Shown piece by piece: positions 1-10,311 of a stretch of 64,000 bases of DNA. A program made the translations under genes and the position numbers. Source of the stretch: Phormidium sp. (GTDB lineage Bacteria > Cyanobacteriota > Cyanobacteriia > Cyanobacteriales > Aerosakkonemataceae); the NCBI GenBank assembly GCA_051013385.1, contig CP143273.1, forward strand, positions 928,001 to 992,000. The letters are read 5' to 3'. The notes below the pieces were generated by a model. It made no database searches, was not told the DNA's origin, and saw only the letters and a program-made list of their open reading frames with translations. Position 1 is the first letter of the stretch, and every line of letters starts with the position of its first letter.

Positions 1-1064
1 TACGTGCCCAAAAAGTTGAGTTAGCAAAGAATGAGAGTTTAGCGAATTTGGGTGCTGGTGCGATCGCGCTTTTAATCACCGCCTTTGCTTTAACTTGGAT
101 GGTGTGGCAAGTTTTGCAAAAACGAGTAACTTTAGGAGATTTAGCATTATTTTACCAAGCTTTTAACCAAGGTCAAACATTAATGCGAAGTTTGCTACAA
201 AACTTAGGTCAAGTTTATAGTAATATGTTATTTTTAGGCAATCTTTTCGAGTTTTTAGAATTATCCCCCCAAGTAATAGATCCTCCTAATCCAAAGTTAA
301 ACCCCAAAAAATTAAACCAAGAAATTAAATTTGAAAATATTTCTTTCTGGTATCCAGGTAGCAACAAAGCTGCCTTAGAAAACTTCAATTTAACTATCCC
401 ATCAGGTAAAATTGTGGCAATTGTCGGCGCAAATGGTGCGGGTAAAAGTACCTTGCTAAAACTGCTTTGTCGCTTGTACGATCCTCAACATGGAAAAATA
501 ACTTGGGATGGTATTGACTTACGTGATTTGCAAATTCAAAACTTACGAAGATTGATTACTGTTTTATTCCAACAACCTGTAGATTATAATGCTTCTGTTG
601 CTGAAAATATAGCTTTGGGTGATTTATTAGCTACAGCAAAATTGCCGGAAATAGCTAATGCTGCTGAAGCTGCGGGTGCAGCAGAAATTATCGATCGTTT
701 ACCTGAAAATTACAATACACTTTTAGGTAAATTATTTGCTGGTGGCGTGGAACTTAGCGGCGGTGAATGGCAAAGAATTGCTTTAGCAAGGGCTTTTCTG
801 CGTCAGGCTCCTTTAATTATTTTAGATGAGCCAACTAGCGCAATGGATTCTTGGGCGGAAGCAGATTGGTTGGAGCGATTTTGCCAATTAGCTAAAGGGA
901 GAACAGCTATTATTATTACCCATCGTTTTACCATTGCTAGACGTGCTGATATTATTCATGTTATGTCAGATGGTGAAATTGTAGAATCAGGGTGTCATGA
1001 TGAGTTATTAGCTCTTGGATGTCGTTATGCTCGCTCGTGGAAAACTCAAATGCAGGTAAAGTAA
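1..1064 (+). CDS. ABC exporter, fused permease/ATPase (5' end outside window), lasso-peptide-cluster type
   Basis: Frame is open from base 3. Last TM helices, then Walker A GANGAGKS, signature LSGGEWQR, Walker B ILDE and H-loop. Confidence 0.9.
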   Translation, partial: RAQKVELAKNESLANLGAGAIALLITAFALTWMVWQVLQKRVTLGDLALFYQAFNQGQTLMRSLLQNLGQVYSNMLFLGNLFEFLELSPQVIDPPNPKLNPKKLNQEIKFENISFWYPGSNKAALENFNLTIPSGKIVAIVGANGAGKSTLLKLLCRLYDPQHGKITWDGIDLRDLQIQNLRRLITVLFQQPVDYNASVAENIALGDLLATAKLPEIANAAEAAGAAEIIDRLPENYNTLLGKLFAGGVELSGGEWQRIALARAFLRQAPLIILDEPTSAMDSWAEADWLERFCQLAKGRTAIIITHRFTIARRADIIHVMSDGEIVESGCHDELLALGCRYARSWKTQMQVK

Positions 1065-1070
1065 AAGTTA

Positions 1071-2210
1071 ATGAAAAACTTAAAAGAAAACCAATCATTA
1101 ATAACCTTAATTTTACGGGGAAGATGGGATAAAACAGCGTTACAAGTGGCGCGAGAAATAGCAATAAATAAAGATTTAAATTGGGATAATTTATGTCAAT
1201 TTGTATATATTGAAGCTTTGATCCCACTGCTTTATCGAATTTTGCGAAATGAAGATTGGTTGCCCGAAAATGTACAGACAGAATGGCGCAATGCCTATTA
1301 TCAAAATGCTTGTCGCAATACTTTATTGCTGAAAGAATTGGGTAATGTGTTGCAAAGTTTGGCAGATGTTGGAGTAGATGTAATCGTTCTTAAAGGTGCA
1401 GCTTTGGCGGAAAAGGTTTATGGTGATATCGCTGCTAGACAGATGGTAGATTTAGATTTACTAATTAAACCGGAAGATTTAACAATTGTGAGAAAAGTTG
1501 TGGCAAATTTGGGTTATCAGCTGGCAGGTGTGGAAATGCAATCTGGTTTTAATGAAGAGTTTCGCAATGAGGAAATTCATTGGAAGCAGGGATTAGTAAA
1601 TGTTAATTTAGATTTGCATTGGAAATTAGTTAGTCCAGTTTATTATCAACGGACTTTTTTAACTGATTGGTTTTGGGAAACGGCTATACCAACTAAACTT
1701 AGTGATGCTCCGGCTTTTATTTTAGGTAATGAAGCGCAAATTGTTTATTTATGTGCTCATTTAATGTTGCATCATGGGGGAAATAGTTTACTTTGGTTAC
1801 ATGATATTGCTGAGGCGATCGCCTTTTCCCCCACACAAATAGATTGGAATTTAGTGATTACTAAAGCACAAACTTACAATTTAGTATTATCAGTGCAACA
1901 AATTTTGCTGCGAGTAGCTGATGAATGGAAAGCGGAAATTCCGGGAGATGTGCGATCGCAATTAGCCACTTTAAAACCTTCCTGGCAAGAAATCAGAGCT
2001 TATTCTTGGCAAAATCAAACAATGGCTTTACGCTTATTTGATGATTTAGCAGGTGCAAAAGATTGGCTGACTCGTTTACATATCGCTTGGGATTCATTAT
2101 TTCCTAGTCGCGCTTATATGCAGCACCGTTACGAAATTCGCCATCCTTTACTTATTCCTTTATATTATCCCTATCGTTGGTTACGAGGTTTCAGAAAAGT
2201 ATCTGGATGA
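1071..2210 (+). CDS. Nucleotidyltransferase family protein (NTP_transf_5-like)
   Basis: Motifs VIVLKGAALA, R-x3-DLDLL, LDLHW, LCAH and WLHDI. Starts 6 bp after the ABC gene. Confidence 0.85.
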   Translation: MKNLKENQSLITLILRGRWDKTALQVAREIAINKDLNWDNLCQFVYIEALIPLLYRILRNEDWLPENVQTEWRNAYYQNACRNTLLLKELGNVLQSLADVGVDVIVLKGAALAEKVYGDIAARQMVDLDLLIKPEDLTIVRKVVANLGYQLAGVEMQSGFNEEFRNEEIHWKQGLVNVNLDLHWKLVSPVYYQRTFLTDWFWETAIPTKLSDAPAFILGNEAQIVYLCAHLMLHHGGNSLLWLHDIAEAIAFSPTQIDWNLVITKAQTYNLVLSVQQILLRVADEWKAEIPGDVRSQLATLKPSWQEIRAYSWQNQTMALRLFDDLAGAKDWLTRLHIAWDSLFPSRAYMQHRYEIRHPLLIPLYYPYRWLRGFRKVSG

Positions 2211-2299
2211 TTCTTTTCTAGTGATGGGAGTGATAAAAAGAATATGGAAAAGTTCAGCGTTACCAGGCTACAGCTTGGTAACGAGTAGAATTCGTAATT

Positions 2300-3235
2300 T
2301 TAACCATCGGCATTAATTTTAACTATTAATTCTTCCAAGATTTTAGAAGCGTCTTCATGGGCTACTTGACAAGTTCCGGCATTGGCGTGTCCGCCGCCGC
2401 CATAAGTCAACATTAATTCTCCTATATTGGTTTTAGAAGTGCGGTTAAAAATTGATTTTCCGACGGCAAAAACAGTATTTTGCTGTTTCAGACCCCACAA
2501 AACATGGATGGAGATATTGCACTCAGGAAAAAGGGCATAAACCATAAATCGGTTGCCTGCATAAATTACTTCCTCTGGGCGTAAGTCTATAACAACTAAG
2601 TTGTCATAAACCTTAGAACATCTTTCAATTTGGTTTTTAAATTCTTCTTGTTGAGAAAAATATACTTCTGCCCTTTCTTTAACATCTGGGACTTCTAAGA
2701 TTTGGTCAATAGTTTGATTTTTACAGCAATCAATTAACTGCATCATTAATTGATAATTAGAAATTCTAAAATCTCTAAATCTGCCTAATCCTGTCCGGGC
2801 ATCCATCAAAAAGTTTAAGAGTACCCAACCTTCGGGATTTAAAACTTCTGCTTGGGTAAATTGAGCCGAATCAGCTTTATCTACTGCTAATAGCATTTCA
2901 GTGGAAATATTGGCAAATCTTTCTTCCCCGCCAAAATAGTTATAAACTACCCTCGCTGCTGAGGGGGCATTGGGGTCAATAATATGATTCGATTGAATTT
3001 CTTGATTTCTGATAGTTTCGCTCAGGTGGTGGTCGAAAGCGAGATGAACTCCGCTGACGTAGGGTAAATTGGTGGTAATATCCCGATCGCTAATTTCAAT
3101 TTTGCCATCCTGCATATCTTTGGGATGGACAAACTTAATCTCATCAATGGTATCTAGTTCCTTCAGGAGCACTGCACACACCAGTCCATCAAAGTCGCTT
3201 CTAGTTACTAATCTGTATTTTTCTTTAGTAGACAT
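2300..3235 (-). CDS. DHH/DHHA1-family phosphoesterase (often annotated exopolyphosphatase-like)
   Basis: SDFDG, FDHH and C-terminal GGGGH motifs. Confidence 0.85.
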   Translation of the reverse strand: MSTKEKYRLVTRSDFDGLVCAVLLKELDTIDEIKFVHPKDMQDGKIEISDRDITTNLPYVSGVHLAFDHHLSETIRNQEIQSNHIIDPNAPSAARVVYNYFGGEERFANISTEMLLAVDKADSAQFTQAEVLNPEGWVLLNFLMDARTGLGRFRDFRISNYQLMMQLIDCCKNQTIDQILEVPDVKERAEVYFSQQEEFKNQIERCSKVYDNLVVIDLRPEEVIYAGNRFMVYALFPECNISIHVLWGLKQQNTVFAVGKSIFNRTSKTNIGELMLTYGGGGHANAGTCQVAHEDASKILEELIVKINADG

Positions 3236-3463
3236 ATCAGTTCCTTGTTGCGTCGATTAAATTAGTAGCTTGGCCTGAGAAAATCTTCTTATTATACCAA
3301 GTTGCCTCGTCTAGATCAATCACTCAAACTGGAAGGAGATAGTGGGAGCGCAGATCTGTAGGATGCGTTAGCTTTAGCGTAACGCATCTTCTTTTTGTTG
3401 GGTGATGAATTGAGAGCGATCGCACTATTTCATGAAATTAACTGACAACAAACGAGATTAAGA

Positions 3464-3745
3464 TTACTTGAGTGGATGATGTTCTGTTAAAATTTTTTCG
3501 ACTCTGGCTTCGTCAATTCTGGCTGTTAATTTTGAGGCTTCATGATTGTCTCTAGTGGTTTTAGCTAATGTAAAAGTAGAACCGATCGAAAATAGTAAAC
3601 CCATTCCCATATAACCTTTTACCCAACCATCTACAGGTAAATAAATTATCCCGACGGAGGTGGCGGAAAGAGAAAGAACAAAGGAGAGCCAAACTTGAAT
3701 AATCCAAGCTGTCGTATCTTTTTGATTGTTAAGTGGTTGTTGCAT
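3464..3745 (-). CDS. YiaA/YiaB family inner membrane protein
   Basis: Two TM helices with WVKGY and LAKTTRDNHE; GGAG RBS upstream. Confidence 0.85.
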   Translation of the reverse strand: MQQPLNNQKDTTAWIIQVWLSFVLSLSATSVGIIYLPVDGWVKGYMGMGLLFSIGSTFTLAKTTRDNHEASKLTARIDEARVEKILTEHHPLK

Positions 3746-3834
3746 AATCTCTCCTATAAGAAGGATGAAAATTTTGGTTAATTTGCTATGCTTTAGATCT
3801 TCTAATTAGTTTTTGCCCTTAATAAATTTGCAGT

Positions 3835-3935
3835 GACAGTTTGTTAACTGGGTGAAATAAATCAAAGATTATTAACCGTAAATAGCGGTTTTGTCAGCTA
3901 ATTTGCTATAAAAGATGGGGACAGTTTCGTAACTG
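3835..3935. promoter_or_regulatory. Two copies of palindrome CAGTT-N4-AACTG, a putative operator pair
   Basis: GACAGTTTGTTAACTG (3835-3850) and GACAGTTTCGTAACTG (3920-3935), 14/16 identical, in a divergent intergenic region. Confidence 0.35.
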
Positions 3936-4156
3936 ACACAGGAATCAATCATCTCTTAGTTAGATGTTGCAAGAAACGTATTTTTGTAAAGAAAAGCAAT
4001 TTATTATAAATAATTTGGTGAAAGGTAAGCGATCGCAGCAAATTCATCTTCCCAATTAAGAAAAAAAATAGTAAAACTAGAACGGGTATTTTCTCCTAAG
4101 TAATTATGTGGAAAACTGTTTTACACTATATATTAGTCTGTATTTTGGTTGCAAAC

Positions 4157-4735
4157 ATGAATACTTATTTAGGCAACCTGGGTAGTGGGCAACAAGTTTA
4201 CGTTGAAAATCAGGGAACGCAAACGATCGTCACACTTTTCAGCAGTAGTCCAGGACAACAACAAAGTCAAAGCAACAGTTTTCCCACAGGTTCTTGGGTA
4301 CAACCGCCAGCTTTGTTTCGCACTGCATCAGGGGCAATTTTGCAAATTCAAACTCAATCAGGTAATCAGTTTGTAAGTCTGCAAACTAGTGGAATGAGTA
4401 GTTTAAATGAAACTCCTTCTTTGAGTAATGCAGAAAATATTCCCCTGCAACAAACGGAAAAAAAACCCACATCGACAATGCCATCAATGCCAGCAATGCC
4501 ACCAATGGAACCTATGAAACCAATGGAACCTATGAAACCAATGAAACCAATGCGAATGGGTGATATGGAAATGCAAATGTCGCCAACAATGGAAATGCGA
4601 ATGGGAAATATGGAGTTAAAAATGCCGCCGATGGGAACAGCAAACTCAGCAAAAAGTGGTTTTTGTACTCAATGTGGTAATCAAGTAAGTGAACAAGATA
4701 AATTTTGCGCTCGATGCGGTCATCAACTTAGATAG
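4157..4735 (+). CDS. Zinc-ribbon domain protein with Met/Pro-rich linker
   Basis: C-terminal FCTQCG...FCARCG and (PMKPME)n repeats. Likely start is ATG 4157; the ORF extends to 4106. Confidence 0.8.
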   Translation: MNTYLGNLGSGQQVYVENQGTQTIVTLFSSSPGQQQSQSNSFPTGSWVQPPALFRTASGAILQIQTQSGNQFVSLQTSGMSSLNETPSLSNAENIPLQQTEKKPTSTMPSMPAMPPMEPMKPMEPMKPMKPMRMGDMEMQMSPTMEMRMGNMELKMPPMGTANSAKSGFCTQCGNQVSEQDKFCARCGHQLR

Positions 4736-5396
4736 GTTGGATACATTCTGCGCGATCGTTTTTCGGGTTATTCACCTTTGTGCTAACAGGATAAGCGGTC
4801 ATTTCCTCTGTGGGGTAGGGTTGAAGCAGCGATTGTAATAATTCGACTTTTTTAGCTTCTGTATCTAACCATTGTTCGTAGTTTTTGGACTCAAGAATTA
4901 CTGGCATTCGCTCATGAATTGGACGCATTAATTCATTGGCTTCGGTCGTCAAAATTGTACAACTTTCTATTGGTTCACCCTCCCCTTTTTCCCAATGTTC
5001 CCACAAACCCGCAAAAGCAAAAGTTTCGCCATTTTCCAAGCGGAAATAAAAGGGTTGCTTTTCCCCGTTTTGGGTTTGCCATTCATAAAAACCGTCAGCT
5101 AAAATCAAACAACGTCGCTTTTTAAAAGCTGAACGAAAGGCTGGTTTTTCGGCAACTGTTTCGGCTCTTGCGTTAATTAGTTTCGCTCCCATTTTCGCAT
5201 CTTTTGCCCAACTGGGAATTAAACCCCAACGTAGCATTTTCAATTGGCGTTCTGAACTTTCGGAATTTACTGAAACTGTTGCTATTTGTTGAGTTGGTGC
5301 GATGTTATATCTAGGAGAAAGCGGAGGAACTTCTTTAACTTGAAACTTGTCAGCTATAGCTTCGGCTACTTGGTTAAAACTGTATCTGCCACACAT
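4728..5396 (-). CDS. SOS response-associated peptidase (SRAP; YedK/HMCES family abasic-site protection protein)
   Basis: N-terminal MCGRY with catalytic Cys2, plus RYNIAPTQ, INARAET, GFYEW and HERMP. Confidence 0.95.
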   Translation of the reverse strand: MCGRYSFNQVAEAIADKFQVKEVPPLSPRYNIAPTQQIATVSVNSESSERQLKMLRWGLIPSWAKDAKMGAKLINARAETVAEKPAFRSAFKKRRCLILADGFYEWQTQNGEKQPFYFRLENGETFAFAGLWEHWEKGEGEPIESCTILTTEANELMRPIHERMPVILESKNYEQWLDTEAKKVELLQSLLQPYPTEEMTAYPVSTKVNNPKNDRAECIQPI

Positions 5397-5415
5397 AAAA
5401 TTTGAGGAATTGGTA

Positions 5416-6024
5416 ATGTATAAATTATACGAATTTTTTTCTTCTGGTAACTGCTACAAAATCAGACTTTTGTTGACTCAATTAGATATTCCTTTTCAAA
5501 GAATAGAAATTAACATTCTCAAAGGAGAAAGCCGAACTCCTGAGTTTTTAACCAAAAATCTTAATGGGAGAACTCCAGTTTTAGAAATAGAACCAGGAAA
5601 ATTTTTGGCAGAATCAAATGCCATCCTTTTTTACTTGAGTGAGGGAACAGATTTTTTGCCAACAGACTCTTTTGAAAAGGCGCAAATCCTGCAATGGTTA
5701 TTTTTTGAACAGTACAGCCACGAACCTTATATTGCTACTTCTCGATATTGGATTTCGATTTTAGGAAAAGCTGAAGAATACCGGGAAGCACTCAACCAAA
5801 AAAGAGCCGGAGGTGAGGCTGCATTAAAAGTAATGGAACAGCATTTATCTCAGCATCATTTTTTTGTTGGTGAACGTTATACTATTGCTGATATTGCTTT
5901 GTTTGCTTATACTCATGTGGCTGATGAAGGAGGATTTGATTTATCCGAATTTCCGGCTATTCAAGCTTGGATAAAGCGAGTACAAGCGCAGCCAAAACAT
6001 ATCAGTATTACACAACAAGTATAG
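5416..6024 (+). CDS. Glutathione S-transferase family protein
   Basis: SGNCYK, GRTPVL, ESNAIL and TIADIAL. GAGG RBS precedes ATG 5416. Confidence 0.93.
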   Translation: MYKLYEFFSSGNCYKIRLLLTQLDIPFQRIEINILKGESRTPEFLTKNLNGRTPVLEIEPGKFLAESNAILFYLSEGTDFLPTDSFEKAQILQWLFFEQYSHEPYIATSRYWISILGKAEEYREALNQKRAGGEAALKVMEQHLSQHHFFVGERYTIADIALFAYTHVADEGGFDLSEFPAIQAWIKRVQAQPKHISITQQV

Positions 6025-6035
6025 CAAAAATAAAT

Positions 6036-6263
6036 TTAGGAATCATTGTCTATTTCTACTAATTTTCTTCTTGAGGATAGACCTGATTTAATGGTAATTT
6101 GAGATTTAGAGACGTTAAACTTTTCTGCTAAGAGTTTGATTAATTCTTCATTGGCTTTGCCGTCAACTGGTGGTGATTTTAAATGTACAGTTAAGCTACC
6201 ATCAGCCTCTTCTTGAATGTTTTGCTGTTTAGAATTGGGTTTAACCTTAACTTGTTTTTTCAT
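6036..6263 (-). CDS. DUF167 (YggU/UPF0235) family protein
   Basis: [18 protein letters not shown] and G-x2-SRRK. Confidence 0.92.
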   Translation of the reverse strand: MKKQVKVKPNSKQQNIQEEADGSLTVHLKSPPVDGKANEELIKLLAEKFNVSKSQITIKSGLSSRRKLVEIDNDS

Positions 6264-6666
6264 GCTTTTTTCCTTGCCGCCAAAGTTGACGCAACCACAA
6301 CCAACCGAGGAAACTACCTATTAAATAGTAAACAAAGTCTTGCCAATCAAAATGGGTTCCTAGAGTCATTCTTCCCCAGAAGGTATAGCGAAATCCTTCT
6401 AAAAATGGCGGTTTCCAAAGTTGGAGGATTTCTATTATACTGTTAAATGTGAAAACCAAAATCGGAATTTGTTTGATAGCAGGATAAGTGGTGAAGAAGA
6501 AAAAGAGTATTAAACACCAAAAGATTTGGTAGATAATGTCTCCTGCGTAATGATTAATCCATGATTGGGCAGGGCCGTTATAAAATTTAGTCAAAAAGCC
6601 TAGAGGTGTAACAATTAGTAGTGAAATTAGAGTGAATTGACGAATTTTGGTTTTGTTATAACTCAA
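6247..6666 (-). CDS. DUF2809 family membrane protein
   Basis: YAGD, IEILQL and LGTHFDWQD motifs with TM helices. Confidence 0.8.
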   Translation of the reverse strand: MSYNKTKIRQFTLISLLIVTPLGFLTKFYNGPAQSWINHYAGDIIYQIFWCLILFFFFTTYPAIKQIPILVFTFNSIIEILQLWKPPFLEGFRYTFWGRMTLGTHFDWQDFVYYLIGSFLGWLWLRQLWRQGKKHEKTS

Positions 6667-6692
6667 AATTTTACCTCTATTAGACTGAATCT

Positions 6693-6725
6693 AGATCCCC
6701 GACTTCTTCAAGAAGTCGGGGATCT
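6693..6725. repeat. Palindromic repeat AGATCCCCGACTTCTT..AAGAAGTCGGGGATCT
   Basis: Perfect inverted repeat. A related copy with a partial duplication lies at 60260-60307. Confidence 0.85.
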
Positions 6726-6828
6726 GCGAAAATCGGGAGACAAACAAAAGCCTATCTGAGTTAAATTATCCCTCAGATAGGTGTGTTTTTTGAGAGGCAA
6801 ATTGTACTAATGAGATCTTTTGATTGGG

Positions 6829-7350
6829 TTATGATTGATTGCGATCGGTATAGCCAATTACAGCGATTTTGTGTCGATATACTAACTCGCCACCATACCA
6901 ACCAGAAAGACCGAGAAGCAATGCCACAATAATAGAAATAACTAATCCTGTAGGTATAACTGCTCCAGCCAAATTTCCCCAACGCAATACTAAGTTAACA
7001 CCTGTTAGCCCTAAAACCGCAACGTTGAGGATCATGTGTGCCCAACCTGCGGTACGTTTGCGGACTCTTTCTATGCCGAAAAAGTCCATTAATCCTGTAG
7101 CTGCTGCTAGCAAACCAGTTGCTGTTCCGGCAGCTAATAACCAAAAAGAACCCCTTGCCCAAAACAAATCTTTTGTCAAAAAATAGACGATATCGCAGAC
7201 AGGTACTGCCACTAAAAAAGCAATTGGTAAAGTGACAATTACTGGATGTATTGGATGTCCTGCGATCGCTACTGTACTAGTGACACCGCTATCTTGATAC
7301 TCTGATTGATGGCTTTCAATTAGTGGGGGAAGATTTGGAGTTTGTGTCAT
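6829..7350 (-). CDS. DUF2231 family membrane protein
   Basis: GHPIHP, WAHMILN and GWYGGELVYRH. Confidence 0.9.
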   Translation of the reverse strand: MTQTPNLPPLIESHQSEYQDSGVTSTVAIAGHPIHPVIVTLPIAFLVAVPVCDIVYFLTKDLFWARGSFWLLAAGTATGLLAAATGLMDFFGIERVRKRTAGWAHMILNVAVLGLTGVNLVLRWGNLAGAVIPTGLVISIIVALLLGLSGWYGGELVYRHKIAVIGYTDRNQS

Positions 7351-7782
7351 ATTTCTCTAAAGTTGTTTGGTTCGCCTAATTAGGTTTTTTGCTAGTCAGC
7401 GTTTGACTATCAGAAATTGCTTTGGCAAGACAACATATCCCAGTTGCAAATTTTCTGAGGATAACTTTATACAGGGAATCGTACAGCTTTAATCTATATT
7501 ATTAGCGAAAAAAGCGTATCTATCTCACGAAGTAGATGATAGAGAATTTTTATATATCTCTGAGTAGAATGTCAAGCAAATATTAGAGTTTTTTATGAGT
7601 TACATATAATATGTGTTCGGAAAAACATTAAATTTATTTATTAGTAAACCGAATCAGAGGTTAAATAGAATTTAATCGGTTTTAACTCCGTCAAAAGAGA
7701 GAGGAAATCGCTGTCTTCCTATTGCAGGATCAAACTAGATAAGTTTGACGATTTTAAGAGAATAAACACAGAGGAGAACAAC

Positions 7783-8817
7783 ATGGTATCGACTCTCGAC
7801 GACACCAAACGCATTGCTATTGCTAGTAAATTAGCAGACATGAAAGCTATCCAAAACTTAATCATCAGCAATGAGCAAATGCTGCTGAATGCTTGCGGAG
7901 ATCAAGAAATCTGCAATAGAGTGCGGGATATGCTGAATGATGACCAGAAAAATATGGGGGTTTTAGAAACAGTAATTGTTCAATACGGTGTCAAAGCAGA
8001 GCCGAAACAAACGACTCAAGAACTGATTGAAAAAACTGAAAAAATGATGCAAGGTTCTGAGTTAAGTCTGTTTGAAAAGTTCTCTCAGCATGAACTTTTG
8101 AAACACGCCCAAGTAATGAAAGGGTTGTTAGTTCATAAAGCAGCACAAGTTGTGGGTGCTGATATTGAAGCGGCAATTACTCCTTTAAATACCGTCAATT
8201 TTGAAAATCGGGCGCACCAAGAACAATTGAAAGGTATTTTAGAAATTTTGGGCGTGCGGGAACTGACTGGAAAAGATCCCGATCAAGGTATTTGGGCGAG
8301 AGTTCAAGATGCGGTTGCTGCTTTCTCTGGTGTTGCTGGTAGCGTGCTCACCCAAAATTCTGGGATGTCCGATATGACAATTGAGCAAATCATTCGGATG
8401 GATCATGCCAAAGCTAACACCTTGTTCATGGAAATTGAAGGTGCTAAAGATCCCCAAAAAGCGCAAGAATTCTTTGGTCAACTTTACAAAGATTTGACCG
8501 CGCACGCTAAGGCGGAAGAACAAGTTGTTTACCCAGCAATACGTCCTTATTACCAAAAGACACAAGATTTGTATCAAGAGCAAGCTGAACAAGAAAGAAT
8601 GCTCAATCAAATTAAGTCTTTGAATCCTGCTTCACCTATGTTCAAAGATCAAGTTAAGCAGTTAGCACAGATGACTCGCCATCACATTAATCAAGAAGAA
8701 AACGAAATGTTCCCCAAAATTCGGGATAATTTCAGCAGCGCTCAACAGCAACAAATGGCGAGTGAGTTCAAAGCTGCTAAGAGCAAATTGCAAGACCAAA
8801 TGGCTTCTATGAAGTAA
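7783..8817 (+). CDS. Hemerythrin (HHE) domain protein with N-terminal helical domain, paralog 1
   Basis: C-terminal DH...HAKAEE..VYP...HINQEE; strong GAGGAG RBS. Confidence 0.85.
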   Translation: MVSTLDDTKRIAIASKLADMKAIQNLIISNEQMLLNACGDQEICNRVRDMLNDDQKNMGVLETVIVQYGVKAEPKQTTQELIEKTEKMMQGSELSLFEKFSQHELLKHAQVMKGLLVHKAAQVVGADIEAAITPLNTVNFENRAHQEQLKGILEILGVRELTGKDPDQGIWARVQDAVAAFSGVAGSVLTQNSGMSDMTIEQIIRMDHAKANTLFMEIEGAKDPQKAQEFFGQLYKDLTAHAKAEEQVVYPAIRPYYQKTQDLYQEQAEQERMLNQIKSLNPASPMFKDQVKQLAQMTRHHINQEENEMFPKIRDNFSSAQQQQMASEFKAAKSKLQDQMASMK

Positions 8818-8846
8818 TTTGAGCCAGCTACACACCAAGCTAAGTT

Positions 8847-8883
8847 AAATCTAGAGGCTTAATTTAATAGCCTCTAGATTTTT
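8847..8883 (+). terminator. Intrinsic terminator
   Basis: 13-bp stem AAATCTAGAGGCT/AGCCTCTAGATTT running into a T tract after the stop codon. Confidence 0.75.
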
Positions 8884-9054
8884 GTGGCGTTTTGTCATTA
8901 GTAATTTGAGGGAATTTATCTAATAATTTAGAAATATTTATTTCCGGCTAATTGGCATTTTTGATCGGTCGAGAGATGGATGAATTAAGTATAAATTGTG
9001 TGACATTCTCAAGGTATGGACTAATTCCATAATTAATGAGAAAGGAAACACGAG

Positions 9055-10101
9055 ATGGTAAGAAGTTTAGATGATGTAAAGCGTTCTGCTATTGCTATGG
9101 AATTGGCAGATATGGCAGAGCTTCAAAAGTTGTTGATTGCTAATGAGGAAAAGTTTATTTCCGAAATTTCTGACCCAGATATTCGCGATCGCTTCCAAAA
9201 AATGCTGGCTGACGATCAGAAGAATATGGGCGTTTTAGAAACAGTCATGGTGCAGTATGGTGTCAAAGGCGAACCCCGTGATATCACCAAGCAAATGATT
9301 GAGCAAGTTCAGCAATTAATGAACGGTTCGGAATTAAAATTATTCCAAAAAGTAGGACAGCACGAACTATTAAAGCATAAGCAAGTAATGTGTGGACTTT
9401 TAGTTCACAAATGCTCGCAAGTTGTGGGTGCTGATGTTGCAGTTGCGATCGGACCTTTAAACACTATTAACTTTGAAAATCGTGCTCATCAAGAACAACT
9501 CAAAGGAGTAATTGAGCTTCTTGGTACTCGCGAATTAACTGGCAAAGAACCCCAACAAGGAGTTTGGGGAAGAGTGCAAGATGCAGTCGCCGCTTTATCA
9601 GGCGTATTTGGTAGCGCCGTTACCCAAAACTCTGATAAACAAGACATGGACATCCGCGATTTAATCAGATTAGATCACAATAAGGTGAACACAATTTTCA
9701 CCGAAATGGGTGCGACTGAAGATGTTCCTAAATTGGAAGAATTATTCGGTCAAATGTACAAAGACTTGTTAGCGCACGCCAAAGCTGAAGAACAAGTTGT
9801 TTATCCAAAAGTTCGCTCTTTCTACGGTGATGACAACACCCAAGAACTGTTTGATGAACAAGCAGAAATGGAGCGAATGTTGAATGAAATTAAGTCAATT
9901 AGTCCGGCGGATTCTCAGTTCAAAGAAAAAATTAAGCAACTGATGGACGTAATTGGCGATCACATTCGTCAGGAAGAAAGCACCATGTTTGCAGCTATTG
10001 GCGATAATTACAGCGAACAAGAACGCGAACAATTAGCTAGCGAATTCAAATCAGCTAAGAGCAAGATTCAAGATGAAATGGCTGCTTCCATGAAGAAGTA
10101 A
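9055..10101 (+). CDS. Hemerythrin (HHE) domain protein, paralog 2
   Basis: Colinear with 7783-8817 (shared NFENRAHQEQLKG, RVQDAVAA, HAKAEEQVVYP). Confidence 0.85.
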   Translation: MVRSLDDVKRSAIAMELADMAELQKLLIANEEKFISEISDPDIRDRFQKMLADDQKNMGVLETVMVQYGVKGEPRDITKQMIEQVQQLMNGSELKLFQKVGQHELLKHKQVMCGLLVHKCSQVVGADVAVAIGPLNTINFENRAHQEQLKGVIELLGTRELTGKEPQQGVWGRVQDAVAALSGVFGSAVTQNSDKQDMDIRDLIRLDHNKVNTIFTEMGATEDVPKLEELFGQMYKDLLAHAKAEEQVVYPKVRSFYGDDNTQELFDEQAEMERMLNEIKSISPADSQFKEKIKQLMDVIGDHIRQEESTMFAAIGDNYSEQEREQLASEFKSAKSKIQDEMAASMKK

Positions 10102-10147
10102 TTAATTGCTCATTTAACAATTTGGTTTTCCCACCATTTCTTTGTTA

Positions 10148-10260
10148 CTCAGATCTTTCAGCAATGGAGGTAGAACCTCCTTTCACCTCGTTCCCAGGTT
10201 GAACCTGGGAACGAGAAACAACGAGAAAGAGAGGCTCCGCTCAGGAGTGCAAGATCTCAG
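10148..10260. mobile_element. MITE-like element, TIR CTCAGATCTT.CA / TGCAAGATCTCAG, with palindromic cargo
   Basis: Same ends at 36101-36203 and 52525-52706. Contains CGTTCCCAGGTTGAACCTGGGAACG. Confidence 0.7.
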
Positions 10261-10311
10261 TGTTAGGTGGTGGGATTTTTGTTAATACTTTATTTTCCCG
10301 GAGAAACGGCA

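Noticed and set aside
4480..4635. Met/Pro-rich repeats as a RiPP precursor
   Set aside because: They form a low-complexity linker inside a zinc-ribbon protein, with no leader or modifying enzymes nearby.
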